Made by a program: the position numbers and the translations under genes. 64,000 nucleotides of DNA from contig CAVXTM010000005.1 of NCBI GenBank assembly GCA_963764725.1, positions 32,001-96,000 of the forward strand. The letters are read 5' to 3'. The notes beneath the pieces were generated by a model. That model was given only the letters and a program-made list of their open reading frames with translations, was not told the origin of the DNA and ran no database searches. Within the stretch, counting starts at the first letter, position 1, and each line of letters starts with the position of its first letter. Below, one piece after another: positions 19,778 through 30,911 of this stretch. This DNA comes from an uncultured Gammaproteobacteria bacterium. Lineage in GTDB: Bacteria > Pseudomonadota > Gammaproteobacteria > JACCXJ01.

Positions 19778-21244
19778 TTGGCAGCTGCGACGCCGGCCGT
19801 GCGCGATCTCTCCGGCGCCGATGGCCACGCCGACACGTGCTATGGCCGTAGACCGTTACCGCCGTTTCCCGGCTGGTGGGCGGCGCTTGGACCCGGCGTC
19901 GTGTGGATGGCGCTCGCGCAGGGGAGCGGTGAGCTGATCTGGTGGCCTTACATCGTCGCAAAATACGGTTTAACTTTTCTGTGGGTGTTGATTCCCGCTT
20001 GCCTCCTGCAATACCCGCTCAACATCGAGATCGGGCGTTACACCTTATTGACCGGAGAGAGTATATTTCACGGGTTTATCCGCCTCCATCGTGGTCTCGG
20101 CATCTTTCTATGGCTGTTGATGACCCTGTCGTTTCTCTGGTTCGGCGCCTTTGCAAGCGCGGGGGGCACGGCGATCGCGGCGCTCGCCGATTTTCCGAAG
20201 GGCTGGACACAACGCGGTCAAACGCTCTTCTGGGGGTATGTCTCGATCGCCGTCTTCCTCATCGCCCTCCTCTCAAGCGGCGTTATCTACACCTTCATCG
20301 AACGATTCATGAAAGCGGTGGCGGCCGTGACCGTTTTTGGCTTGCTCTGGGCTTGCACACAACCTGACGTGGTAAAGTCGATTCCTGAGTTCCTACCAGG
20401 ACTCTATGGATCGACAGGCCCGATGCCGAGATCCTGGGATCCTCGGGATTCGACGAAGCTTCTCACGGCCGTCAGTTTCGCTGGGCTCGGCGGTTTTTGG
20501 GCGTTGTTCTATTCCTATTGGTTGCGGGATAAGGGCAGCGGGATGGCCGTGCACATGGGGAGAATCACCGGACCGCTCGCGGGTAAACCCGAAATCGTCA
20601 GCCACGACGGCAATCTTCCCGAAAGCGCACCCGAGAATGCGCGGCGGTGGCGATCGTGGCGCCGATTCCTGCGTGTTGATGTGTCCTTCGGAATCCTTGG
20701 CAACCTGTTGACCACACTGATGACCTGTCTTCTTGCCTACGCGCTATTGTTTCCTCAAGGCTTGTTGCCCGAGGAGTACCAATTAGCGGTGGTGCAGAGC
20801 CAATTTTTCGAGGTGAGCTGGGGTGAGGTGGGGCGCGTCTTGTTTCTCATTGTCGCCGCGGCGTTTCTAACGGATACGTGGTTGGCGACGGCCGATGCGG
20901 TGAGCCGCATCCAATCCGACATTGTCCATGTGCTGTTTCCGAAGGCGAGGCGCTACGAGATGCGCTATCTCTACTATGTTTTTTTGGGCTTGCTCACCCT
21001 AATCACGTCGTTAACCATGCTGCTTGATGCGCCGGGTCCTTTAATCCTCACGAGCGCCGTGATCGGATTCATCGGGACCGTGATTTTCCCGCTCGCCCTG
21101 TATTATTTGAACTATCGCTACTTGTCCCCGGAATTGCCGCAATGGGCGCGTCCGAGCCGTACCTCACAGGCGTTGTTGCTGCTCAGCTTTGTGGTTTACT
21201 TTGCGCTGGCATGTGTATACGTAGGATCGCTGATAGCTTCCTAA
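19778..21244 (+). CDS. Nramp-like/APC superfamily membrane transporter
   Basis: LGPGVVW.ALAQGSGELIWWP, RYTLLTGE; many TM segments; start uncertain. Confidence 0.75.
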   Translation: MAAATPAVRDLSGADGHADTCYGRRPLPPFPGWWAALGPGVVWMALAQGSGELIWWPYIVAKYGLTFLWVLIPACLLQYPLNIEIGRYTLLTGESIFHGFIRLHRGLGIFLWLLMTLSFLWFGAFASAGGTAIAALADFPKGWTQRGQTLFWGYVSIAVFLIALLSSGVIYTFIERFMKAVAAVTVFGLLWACTQPDVVKSIPEFLPGLYGSTGPMPRSWDPRDSTKLLTAVSFAGLGGFWALFYSYWLRDKGSGMAVHMGRITGPLAGKPEIVSHDGNLPESAPENARRWRSWRRFLRVDVSFGILGNLLTTLMTCLLAYALLFPQGLLPEEYQLAVVQSQFFEVSWGEVGRVLFLIVAAAFLTDTWLATADAVSRIQSDIVHVLFPKARRYEMRYLYYVFLGLLTLITSLTMLLDAPGPLILTSAVIGFIGTVIFPLALYYLNYRYLSPELPQWARPSRTSQALLLLSFVVYFALACVYVGSLIAS

Positions 21245-21276
21245 CACGCTGCCAGGTCGCATCATGACTTGCGACA

Positions 21277-22110
21277 ATGAACGAAACGCATTCCAACCTT
21301 AACGTCTTGGGCTCTCGAAATCCTGTGATCGTTCTTGCGGTGCTAGCGCTGAGTTTTCCGTTCACCGTAAGTAAATCTTTCTCGCTAGAGCGGAACTTTG
21401 TGAACCAGCGAGTGCCCACGCATGGGTACAAGGTCGTGCGCGTCTATCCCCACGATCGCAATGCCTTTACGCAAGGCTTGACCTACGTAGACGGCTTCCT
21501 CTATGAAAGCACGGGGGTGAAAGGCCGTTCGACACTCCGGAAAGTCGAATTAGAAACGGGCAGGGTGTTACAGCAGACTGCACTGTCCCGTGAGCACTTC
21601 GGAGAGGGTCTGACAAGCTGGGGCCCGGATCTCGTGCAGTTGACCTGGACCTCGAACCTGGGATTCGTGTATGACCGGGTGAACTTTCAAGTCAAGCGCA
21701 CGTTCAATTATTGCGGTGAAGGCTGGGGGATCACCCACGATGGTAAGCGGCTCATCGTGAGCGATGGTACGGCAACGCTGCGGTTTCTAGATGCAGACAC
21801 ATTTCGTGAGACAGGTCGCCTAACGGTGCGCGAGGGCGCGGCGCCGGTCGCTCAATTGAACGAGATTGAAACTGTCCGAGGCGAACTGTTTGCGAATGTA
21901 TGGAGGACCGACCGTATCGTCAGGATCGCGCTACAAACGGGTCAAGTCACGGGCTGGATTGATTTAAGCGGGTTACTCGGTGAAGCCGAAAGAGCAACCC
22001 GCGTCGATGTCCTGAACGGGATCGCCTACGATGCGCGGAATGACCGCCTGTTCGTTACCGGCAAACTGTGGCCGAAGCTCTTCGAAATCAAGCTTGTCCC
22101 CCGGCGCTAG
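21277..22110 (+). CDS. Glutaminyl-peptide cyclotransferase (plant/bacterial type)
   Basis: YPHD..AFTQGL, ESTG, FGEG, EGWG, LNE.E, VLNGIAYD, TGKLW. Confidence 0.95.
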   Translation: MNETHSNLNVLGSRNPVIVLAVLALSFPFTVSKSFSLERNFVNQRVPTHGYKVVRVYPHDRNAFTQGLTYVDGFLYESTGVKGRSTLRKVELETGRVLQQTALSREHFGEGLTSWGPDLVQLTWTSNLGFVYDRVNFQVKRTFNYCGEGWGITHDGKRLIVSDGTATLRFLDADTFRETGRLTVREGAAPVAQLNEIETVRGELFANVWRTDRIVRIALQTGQVTGWIDLSGLLGEAERATRVDVLNGIAYDARNDRLFVTGKLWPKLFEIKLVPRR

Positions 22111-22201
22111 TTTCATCGGCTGTGTTTTTTCAGGCGCGGAGCTTTTCGTAAGAATAAAGAATTGCGGGCCGTAACACCGGACAAAGATCGGCGTCATAAC
22201 A

Positions 22202-22666
22202 TCAGCAGTACTTTCGCCAGCAGTTTTCCATGGCGTCGCCAAAATCACCGTCGTTATTGCGGTCCCACGACTTAGCTCCGGTCTCCGCGAGTTGCATGTT
22301 GCCGTCGCCGACTTGGGGCCCTCCTGCTATGGGCGCGGCTCGCAAGATGAAGGTGTTCGCCGTCAATGCAGGGGCAGGGAGCAGCGTCAGATTATAAACT
22401 GCCGTGCCGTCCTTGGGCGACTGTGTGAAAGGCAAAGGCCCGGCCGCAGCATAACTATTGGTCTCCGTGAACCGCCGCTCCATGAATTGTGCCAGCTCCG
22501 ACAGCGCCGCCTGGGCATCGGCGCGCCTGGATGAACGCACATGCTGCTGGTATGATGGATAAGCAATCGCCGACAAGATGCCGACGATTGCCACGGCAAT
22601 CATCACCTCGATCAGCGTAAAACCCGAAACGTGGCCTGCGCTAATTCGACTCAAACTTATGCTCAT
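22202..22666 (-). CDS. pilE: Type IV minor pilin PilE
   Basis: GFTLIEVMIAVAIVGILSAIAYPSY..VR.SRR.DA. Confidence 0.93.
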   Translation of the reverse strand: MSISLSRISAGHVSGFTLIEVMIAVAIVGILSAIAYPSYQQHVRSSRRADAQAALSELAQFMERRFTETNSYAAAGPLPFTQSPKDGTAVYNLTLLPAPALTANTFILRAAPIAGGPQVGDGNMQLAETGAKSWDRNNDGDFGDAMENCWRKYC

Positions 22667-22700
22667 TGGCAAACCTCTCTGAAGGATCACGTTATAAGAA

Positions 22701-22733
22701 GAAGCCGGGCGGCCCGAAGACCGCCCGCTTTCT
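22701..22733 (-). terminator. GC hairpin between pilY1 and pilE
   Basis: Minus strand CGGGCGGTC-TTCG-GGCCGCCCG followed by T-rich run. Confidence 0.5.
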
Positions 22734-22741
22734 CAGGGACA

Positions 22742-25700
22742 CTACTGCAAGTAAAGTTCCCGCCAGGATCGCCGGCCGACGTCGCCGGGACCGGGATTCT
22801 CGGTTGTAACCTCGATCTCGCCCGTGGATCCGTTACCGTATTTGAACTCCTTGTCTTTGTCGGAGAGGATCCCGGGCTGAGGAAGAATGCCGACGGCGGA
22901 CTTCTTCCCGCTGGGGGGCACCGGATCCGGAATCCCGTCGCCGTCGATGTCCACCGCGTTTCCGACAAAGTCCTCTTCGGTAAATCTGCCGTCGCCGTTG
23001 AGATCGAAGGGTGCAAACTCCAGCCGGCTGCCGCCCGCGGCATCCATTTCCATCAGCCAGCTGGTGCCGCCGGCGCTGCAGGGATCAGTCGAACGGGATC
23101 AGCGTAGTGAAAATGATCCGGCCGTTCCTCAAGATCGGATCACTCACCTGCCGCTCGCCGTGACCGTTGGTGAAACTGCCCGGGTCATCGGTATTGTAGA
23201 GGTCCAGATACCAACCCTTGTGGAAATCAGGGTCATCCCAATTAATCATATTATCCGTCGTCAAGCGCAGATCATAGAAGACGTCGCTGCTCCCATCCCC
23301 GTTGGTATCAAAGCCTTGGTTGACCTCCTTGACGATTTCCTGCTGGAGCAGATCACCGCGATCGAACGCCGTAAGGCTGCTGTTGTTCTCATCCCAGACG
23401 CCATAAAACGTTTGGAAAGTCTCTTGCTGCGCCGGATCGTTGTCACCATCAAAAATATACTGGCCGGTACCGAAATACACCATGGCCCCGTCTGTCTTGG
23501 TGGGATGCGGGCCTACCTGCGGGCGGTTCGTGATCGGCTGGCGTTTATTGGCAGCCCCGGCCGTCGTGCAGTCCGCCGTACTGGTCCCGGCGCAGGCGAC
23601 GAACAGCGGTTGAGGTTTCCCTGCAGAGATGTACGGGATATTCCACTGGGTTTCATCCGTGTTGGTTACATCGAACTTCCATAGATTGCCGAATAAATCG
23701 CCCGCATAGATATAGTCGACGATCGAATCGCCGTTGACATCCGCAGGCGCCGGTGTGGACAGCCCGTTCGCGCGACTAAGACCTTGCGGGTCGGCCGACA
23801 TGCCCATCTCAGTATCGATCTTCTTGATGAGCTGCCCGTTTTCGAGATTGACGATGTAGAGGACGGCGTTCCCCGTCGTGCTGAGCTGACCATTGGCCTC
23901 CGTGTTGTTGTAGCCGTTACCGAACACGGCGGCCCAATCACCGTTCTGCATGCGCACGACGTTGGCATCGCTGAACGTGTAGCCTAAGTCATTATCGCCG
24001 TAAGCGGGGTCACTTGCCGCTGCGGGTCCGACGTCATTGAACTCCCACAGGACTTTCGCCTTGATGGTCGACTCGGTGCTCGAAGCGTCCGGTGGGGTTG
24101 TAATGTCCAAGGCGTAGATCGCCTGCCCGCCTCCGCGTAGACCTCCCACCAGCACGGTGTGCCAGCTACCGCCGAAGAAGGCGTCGCCGACGGTAGGCGC
24201 ACCGTCCACATAGTAGGTATGGCTGTAATTCGCGTCGGTGAGCTGGTTCAACTTCCCGTAGACAGCCGCCGGGACATAGGCGAACACTTCATCGCCCGTC
24301 GTCTCATCAAACGCGTGCAACATACCGTCGTTGGCGCCGACATAGACGACTCCCTTTCGGTTCTTGTTGGCGGTCTTGAAGTCAGAGTACTTGACGGTTT
24401 CCAAGTTGTCCGGGTAGCGGAAGAGAGGGGCACCGACGTAAGCTGGCGAAGAATTCACGATATCGCCGAGCTTTTTCGACCGGGAGCGGAAGCCGGTAAC
24501 ATCCGCACCGCGCACGTAGTTCAGGCGTTGGCTGCCCAACCCGTCTAGGGCACCTGTTCGACGGATTCTTGTCGAGCGCCGTTGACTGCGCTATATCGAT
24601 CTCCGTTGGCGCGGGAGACGCCGGATTTGCCGGCCAGCGGAAGGGGATCCCTTTTGTCCCTACGGGTGCGGAGGGCTTGAGGGTCACGATCTTGCGCGCG
24701 TTAGGATCGCTCGGCAGTTGATCGGCAGCGTCCCACTGCACAGCCCCGAGCGAGCCGTCCGGATTGACGGGTACGGACAGGAATTGCCCGCTCCAGTCGG
24801 CGGTATTGAACTTGGCTTGGAAGAGCGCGCTGTTCGCCTGCAAGGACGTGGTATTGATAGCGACCGAGCTCGCCGAGGCGGTGCGTTCGAAGATGTCCTG
24901 GAACGCCGCGTTCAATCCGGTCACGAGCTTATCGGGCACCGAAGCCAGCACGAAGTTGTCCGGCACGCCGTCGCTGTCGCCGTCCCATTCGGCCTGCAGA
25001 TTCGGCGTATTGTCATTATCGCTGTCGATGAAACCGCCGTACTTGCCTGCCAGCCACAGCATGTTCTTGTTACCATCGAGCGGATTGGTGCTGAATTCCT
25101 GGGTATCGATGAAGAAACTGCTGACCGTTTGCTTTCCCGGTAGATCGGGCCGGAGATCCTGGGTATTCGCATAATAGGAAAGCCCGGCGATGTAGTAGGA
25201 ATTCTGTTTCCCCGGCGACGGACAGGTACCCATGACCTCGCCGAGGTTCCCCATTGTCTTGTTCGAGCAGCTATTGTTGAAGGTGCCAACGCCGCCTCCC
25301 ACGGAATCGTTGGTGCCGCTCGCGGTGCCGCTCGTCCACGTGCCGGAGTTCGTCCATGTCGTGCCGTTGAGCCCCTCCATGCTGCCGACTGCATTGGTGA
25401 GCGCTGTGACATTAATGGATGAATCGGCGTTGCTCGGTTGACCATAATCGCTTGCGGTCAGGGCGTAATTGGTGCCACCCGCTCCACTGATGGTGGAGCT
25501 GTTGAAAAACGTGCCCGGTAACTTCTTGTCGAGCCAGGGGTTCGCATCGTTAATACCGATGATGAAGCACTTCTGACAGGCGTATTGATACGGATCGTCC
25601 CAATTGGTGACGATGTCAAAACCTCCCTTCTGCGCCGTGGTTAGCCCTGAGGAGTACTCGGGCGTGGGGCTGAGATGTTTTAGATACTTCAGTCCTTCGT

Positions 25701-26799
25701 AATAGAGCTCCCCAATAGGATCGTAGGTCTTATAGCCCGGGGCACTGAACTTATTCACGTAGTTTATGACACCCGAATTGAGCCCGCCGGATGCCCCGTC
25801 CGGGTTAGTGATGAATAGCCCGTCCGTTCCGAACTCTTTATTGGGATTCGCTTCAGTACCGGTGTTCGTGGAATTGGGGCGGGTCGGACCGACGTATTTC
25901 ATCTTGGATCGGAGCACGCCGCCGTCCCTGCTTTGTGAAGTATCGAAGGTGTAGCTGGTGAGCGCAAAGCGCATCTCGTCCGCGTTCGTTTGGATCAGCC
26001 CTTCGGGCTTGTAATAAGTCGTTCCACCGCTCGTGTAGGCGACGCAGTTCGACTCTCTGCCCGCACCGGTCACGGCTACGCAGGCCTTCACGTCGATATT
26101 AAATGATCCCTTTTGGGTACCGCCGCGCGTTGTGCCGACGTTGATTGCCCAGTCGGTGTTGTAAATGAATATGTCTGAATCAGAGAACGGCGTTACGGTT
26201 GAAGGGGCTACGTTGTAGGTGGACTTAAGTAACTTGTAGGGAAACCAATTGTCGTCGTTTTGTTTGCGCGCCCGCCTGATCACGGTTAGTGAGGTTGTGT
26301 CGATGAGCCGGTTACCGCCGGTCATGGTCCAGATGTACTCGTCGATAGCTGTCATTGACACCCAGTTGAGAAAGTTACCGCTCCACTTACCGCTGCATTG
26401 GTGTAGTGCGTTGGCCGCGGAGGAAGGCTCGAAGCGGCTACTCGCATAAACGTAGCACTTGTTCGGATCAAAGTAGCCGAGGTAGGTCGTGGCCGGGATA
26501 TAACAGATCCCCACGGCGCCACCACCGTAACTTGGCCTGGGGGTGGTATAAGGAGCGATACCACAGCCCGTAGGGTTTCCCGTTTGATCCGCATAGGCCG
26601 CCCCACCCATAGGTGTTTCGACCGACATGTTGAGAAGGACCGCGGGATCCGCGGTATTAATGACGAAAAGAGGCTCGTCGGCCAAACTGGCCGCGTTCCC
26701 ATAGCCGGGCAAGCACACCAACACGCCGGCCAGGAAATGGGCCAACCTAACACTAAGCCGATTTCGAGTAGAATCCATTAATTTCATGGTCGTAGTCAT
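22742..26799 (-). CDS. pilY1: PilY1/PilC pilus adhesin, split into three ORFs by two 1-nt insertions
   Basis: Signal peptide; KLGDIVNS, YVGANDGMLHAF, YYVDG, YAGDLFGNLWKFD, YFGTG, GRRSWREL; frame restored by removing one base at ~24557 and ~23092. Confidence 0.92.
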
Positions 26800-26836
26800 T
26801 TACTGCACTCCTAAGTAATAATCGTCAACTAACGCG

Positions 26837-27370
26837 TTAGAAACGCCTTGAATAGGTCGTCTGCAGCAAGGACTGGGCGCTCGTCGTACCGCCCGTGCCG
26901 TTCGCCGTGACGCGGTAGAATAACTGCCCGGAAACATCCGTCTGCTTCCCAGTGTTGAAGCTGTCACTGACGAAGAAGTAGTGTTCAACCACCGACTTCG
27001 GCTGAGCCGCCACCTGGCCGTAACCGGTGGGGAGCCCCGTATAATTAATGCGCACGCTGGTGCTCGACCAGGTCGCCGCACTGGCCAGATCGAGCATGTC
27101 CTTTTGCCATACCGTGCTGTCGCAACCCGAAGTGCAGCTTGTTACCGTGGTGGGCTCGTCGGTCAGGTTATCTATCCAAGTCTCTGTGGCACGCAGGACA
27201 GCCTCGCCGGCCTGGAGGGCGACCGTTTGATCGCGCAGATTCCCTGCCATCTTTTCTTCGAGGGTCGTCGTCTGCGAGGCCGTGATCCCGATGATGGTCA
27301 TGACCAAGAGCATAATTAGCGCAATGAAGATCGCCGCACCCTTTTGTCTGTTCCATAGATACATTTTCAT
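26837..27370 (-). CDS. pilX: Type IV pilus assembly protein PilX
   Basis: QKGAAIFIALIMLLVMT, EKMAGN, YRVTA.G.G. Confidence 0.93.
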   Translation of the reverse strand: MKMYLWNRQKGAAIFIALIMLLVMTIIGITASQTTTLEEKMAGNLRDQTVALQAGEAVLRATETWIDNLTDEPTTVTSCTSGCDSTVWQKDMLDLASAATWSSTSVRINYTGLPTGYGQVAAQPKSVVEHYFFVSDSFNTGKQTDVSGQLFYRVTANGTGGTTSAQSLLQTTYSRRF

Positions 27371-28392
27371 AAGGTCCGATTCCTGATGCTGATGGTATTG
27401 GTAAAGGTCCTGCGCAAACGCAGGTCGGGCGACACGGAGGGCACGTCGTTAAACGTGTAAGCTTGGGCCTGAGTAGCGAGATTATCGTCTAAGGTTTGTA
27501 GCAGCAGCCTTACCTCCGCGCTGATCACGTCGCCCCAGTCGCCGACGTTGTCGGCCGTCACATAGCGATTTGGTGTGAGATTGTTGTCGGTATCGATACC
27601 GTAAAAGATCTGCAAGTCCTCGACGCCTTCGACCAACTCCTGCCCGACCCCCGCACCGTCCTTGCGGAACAGCGCGGGCCGGCCCGAGGCCCCGCTTGCG
27701 ACGTAGTAGGTGCTGGTAACAAGCTGTACGATCTGGCTCCCGGCTATATACTCTCTTCCCAGCGCTTGTGTCGCGTTGCCTGGTGAGCCACCGGGGGCCT
27801 CGTTGAAGATCTTGGGATTAGCCCCACTGGGATCGATGCTCGTGATTTGGAAGATCGCCGCATCCGTGCAATCGGTGGCCATGACCACATCATCTACGCC
27901 GAGATCGCTGTTTGGTTCGACTTCAAAGCCCTCTACCGGATTCTTGGCACCCGGGTGCGCCGTGACTTGGGCCGGATTACCTACACTGCGCCGTAACGTC
28001 AGGACATCGCGCCCGCCGAGGGGGCTCACGATACCGGCAGTGGCCATGGGGTCCCGATCCCAGCCGCTAGAACTGGTCGCCTCGAAGCCCTCGATGACTT
28101 GCTCGAAGCTCCAGTTGTAGCCGGTGCCCCCGGTAAGGGTGTTGTTGATCTTGGTCTTGACGCCCGCACAGCCGAGAAAACCGGCATTGCGCAGGTCACG
28201 GGTAATGAAATCCAGGGCGAAGCGGCCGTTCTCCTGCACCCGCGAGAGGGATTCCTGGATGCGATAAGTCTGTTTATTGCCGGTGTACACATGGACCACC
28301 CCGGCCGTCAGCATGAGACTCAAGGTGACGGCGACCATGATCTCTACGAGGCCAACACCCGCCTGCCGGTGAAAACGATATTTTGGGTTCAT
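27367..28392 (-). CDS. pilW: Type IV pilus assembly protein PilW
   Basis: GVGLVEIMVA, QENGRFA, LVEGVEDLQIFYG, C-terminal IRNR. Confidence 0.93.
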   Translation of the reverse strand: MNPKYRFHRQAGVGLVEIMVAVTLSLMLTAGVVHVYTGNKQTYRIQESLSRVQENGRFALDFITRDLRNAGFLGCAGVKTKINNTLTGGTGYNWSFEQVIEGFEATSSSGWDRDPMATAGIVSPLGGRDVLTLRRSVGNPAQVTAHPGAKNPVEGFEVEPNSDLGVDDVVMATDCTDAAIFQITSIDPSGANPKIFNEAPGGSPGNATQALGREYIAGSQIVQLVTSTYYVASGASGRPALFRKDGAGVGQELVEGVEDLQIFYGIDTDNNLTPNRYVTADNVGDWGDVISAEVRLLLQTLDDNLATQAQAYTFNDVPSVSPDLRLRRTFTNTISIRNRTL

Positions 28393-28871
28393 AGCTCTGT
28401 GCTCATTGCGAATTGCTTGGGAACCGCATCGACGGCACCTCGGCCATCTACCCACTGGACCGTAACGGTCACGACGTTACCCGCACGGGCCACCGCGCCG
28501 TCGCCTGAGGGCATTAGGCTAGCGAGGCGCTGTTTCCAGGCGGCGATATCGGCGGTTGCCATCTGTGACCCGTCGCAGGGGCTAGCCATACAATCCGGCG
28601 GCGATGCAGGCGCCGGGGTCCCGATGGCGATGTCATAGTTCGCCGCCTGCGCAGCGCTGCGGTTAGTACGCATGGCGTCGATGATGTCGTAAGTGAGCAT
28701 CGTCGCCTGGCTGCGCAGATAGGCGCTATGGTTGTTGCGTAGACTGACCGCCTGGAGACCCGCCAAGCCCAGAAGCCCGACGGCCAGAAGCATCACAGCG
28801 ATGAGAACCTCAAGCAGCGTGAAGCCTCGCTGGCGGTGCGACATCTGAACAGGTTTGGAAATGATCTTCAT
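28389..28871 (-). CDS. pilV: Type IV pilus modification protein PilV
   Basis: GFTLLEVLIAV..LAVGLLGLAGLQ, AYLRSQA. Confidence 0.95.
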   Translation of the reverse strand: MKIISKPVQMSHRQRGFTLLEVLIAVMLLAVGLLGLAGLQAVSLRNNHSAYLRSQATMLTYDIIDAMRTNRSAAQAANYDIAIGTPAPASPPDCMASPCDGSQMATADIAAWKQRLASLMPSGDGAVARAGNVVTVTVQWVDGRGAVDAVPKQFAMSTEL

Positions 28872-29455
28872 GGGCATCCCCCGTTGTTCTTGGACGCATT
28901 CGCCCGTCCGACGAGATTCACCTGGATCAGACGGCGCTCGGCGGCCGCCTGAGTATCGTCGCAGACTCGGAAACTATCGGCGGCATCCGGGTCCGGGCCG
29001 CTGCCCAGCATCTGGCCGGTCGGCTGGAAGGCGATCCAGTCTGCAAAGGTAGCGCCCGGGCGCAGGGTGTAGCCTTGGGGCATTCCTTCATAGACCTGAA
29101 GTGTTTGCTCGCCTGCGTCTATCGTTCCGTTCTGAGTGACGTTGTCCGTGAACACCACCCAGCCGTTCTCCCAATTGACCCCGGGCGCAAGCGAGCAATT
29201 GCTGCCACTCGCTCGGCACATGGCGACGGTGGCATTGCGCTTGACAGCCTCGCTGCGGGCCAGGCTGAGGGCGGTGACCAAGCGGTTCACCTCCGTCACG
29301 GTCCGATTGGCACGGATCAATTGCTGAAACCCCGGTACCCCCATACCTAAAACGATGGCGGCGATGGCTACGGTGATGATCATCTCCACCAAGGTGAATC
29401 CTTGCTTGTATCTGTGTGCTAGCATGCCTTTCCTCTTGCTTGATGTGTTTTGCAT
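28868..29455 (-). CDS. fimT: GspH/FimT family minor pilin
   Basis: GFTLVEMIITVAI, ARSEAVKR, W.NGWVVF. Confidence 0.88.
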   Translation of the reverse strand: MQNTSSKRKGMLAHRYKQGFTLVEMIITVAIAAIVLGMGVPGFQQLIRANRTVTEVNRLVTALSLARSEAVKRNATVAMCRASGSNCSLAPGVNWENGWVVFTDNVTQNGTIDAGEQTLQVYEGMPQGYTLRPGATFADWIAFQPTGQMLGSGPDPDAADSFRVCDDTQAAAERRLIQVNLVGRANASKNNGGCP

Positions 29456-29558
29456 ATGCGTTGCTCTCGATGGCCCGTCGTAGCGTTCAAGCGAGCTTCT
29501 TTCTTGAGTGGAAAGGAGACCAACGCGAAGATTTGTCCGACGAGCGGCTAAAATTTAT

Positions 29559-29647
29559 TCCCCGCGGTCTTGCCGCGGGATCCTTTGCCACGGGGTTTCC
29601 AAAAAAAGGAGAAGCGCAGCTCGCGCCACGGGGTTCATGCCCCGTGG
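29559..29647. repeat. Pair of GC hairpins in the fimT-algZ intergenic region (REP-like or IS200/IS605-end-like)
   Basis: CCCGCGG-TCTTG-CCGCGGG and CCACGGG-TTCATGC-CCCGTGG. Confidence 0.45.
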
Positions 29648-29834
29648 TGGCGAAATAAAATTGATTTTGGCGGGGCGGCACCCTGATCTTCGAGTTCAGG
29701 ATGCTACGGCCGATACCTCCGGCGATGATGAAGATGCAGCGGGACCGGTCTTCCTCGGCCTGCCGCCGCAATAATGAGCACCAGAGAGCATAGCGAGGTC
29801 CAAGCTTGGGAACTTTAAAACGCGCGGTGGGGTC

Positions 29835-30911
29835 ATGAGATTGCCTACCGCGCGCGCCGCTGATCGCCTGTTCATACCCAACTTCTGCACCGTTCGGCCG
29901 GTGTTCGTACTGGTCTTGATGGCCGAGCTATTGGCCATCGTGCTGACCCTATCGACGGCCACGGATGTAAACGCAAGCTTCAACGATCTGGCCCTCAAGT
30001 CGCTTTTCATTCAATGGATTACTCTTTGCTGCGCCGCGGTTCTGTGCGCGAGCCGAACGTTTTACTCCCGCCTCAGCGAGGCCAGGGTGGCAATGGTTGC
30101 TTATTTATCGATGCTCGCGATCGCTTGGGTATTGAGCGAGCTGGCGTGGTGGACCCTAGATTACTTGAGCAACCCGATGCCTCTCGGTGCGGCTTCCAGG
30201 GGGGGATTCTTAGCATGCAATCTGGCGATTGCGGCAATCGTGATCGCGATCGCACTGCGTTATATGTATGTCCACCATCACTGGGAACGGCGCATCGAAT
30301 CGGAGTCCGAGGCCCGCATCCAGGCCCTGCAGGCCCGCATGCGGCCGCATTTTTTTTTCAACTGCATGAACACCATCGCCAGCCTGACCCGCAGCCATCC
30401 AAAGCTGGCCGAGGAAGCCGTCGAGAACTTAGCCGATCTGTTTCGAGCGAGCCTCTTGCCCGCGCGTGAGCGGGTCACGCTCGGTGGGGAGCTTGAGCTA
30501 TGCCGACAGTATTTACGGATAGAAGCCCTGCGCCTGCAAGATCGCTTGGCGATCGACTGGCAGATGGATGGGTTACCAGCGGACGCACTGGTACCGGTGT
30601 TATCGATTCAGCCGCTCATCGAGAACGCGATCTACCATGGGATCGAGCCCTTGCCTCAAGGTGGGGTGACTCGGATCAGGGGGCAGCGCGAGGGGTATCG
30701 GCTCACGGTCGTGATCGAAAATCAGAAGCCCGCGGATGGCAGGCGATCCTCGCGCGCAAGCCATGGCTTTGCCCAGGAAAACGTGGGGCAACGGATGCGG
30801 GCTTTCCACGGCGAGTCGGGGGGGCTGACAGTGGAGGACTTGGGCGATCACTACCGGGCGACATTATCTTTTCCTTATGAACGCGCCCAAGATGCGGATC
30901 CTTATCGTTGA
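29835..30911 (+). CDS. algZ: LytS-type sensor kinase AlgZ/FimS
   Basis: FIPNFC, ALQARMRPHFFFN, QPLIENAIYHG; adjacent to the fimT-pil operon. Confidence 0.88.
   Translation: MRLPTARAADRLFIPNFCTVRPVFVLVLMAELLAIVLTLSTATDVNASFNDLALKSLFIQWITLCCAAVLCASRTFYSRLSEARVAMVAYLSMLAIAWVLSELAWWTLDYLSNPMPLGAASRGGFLACNLAIAAIVIAIALRYMYVHHHWERRIESESEARIQALQARMRPHFFFNCMNTIASLTRSHPKLAEEAVENLADLFRASLLPARERVTLGGELELCRQYLRIEALRLQDRLAIDWQMDGLPADALVPVLSIQPLIENAIYHGIEPLPQGGVTRIRGQREGYRLTVVIENQKPADGRRSSRASHGFAQENVGQRMRAFHGESGGLTVEDLGDHYRATLSFPYERAQDADPYR

Noticed and set aside
22742-26799. Three separate pilus genes or phase variation of pilY1
   Set aside because: Fragments are collinear parts of one PilY1, and breaks are not in homopolymer or tandem-repeat tracts.
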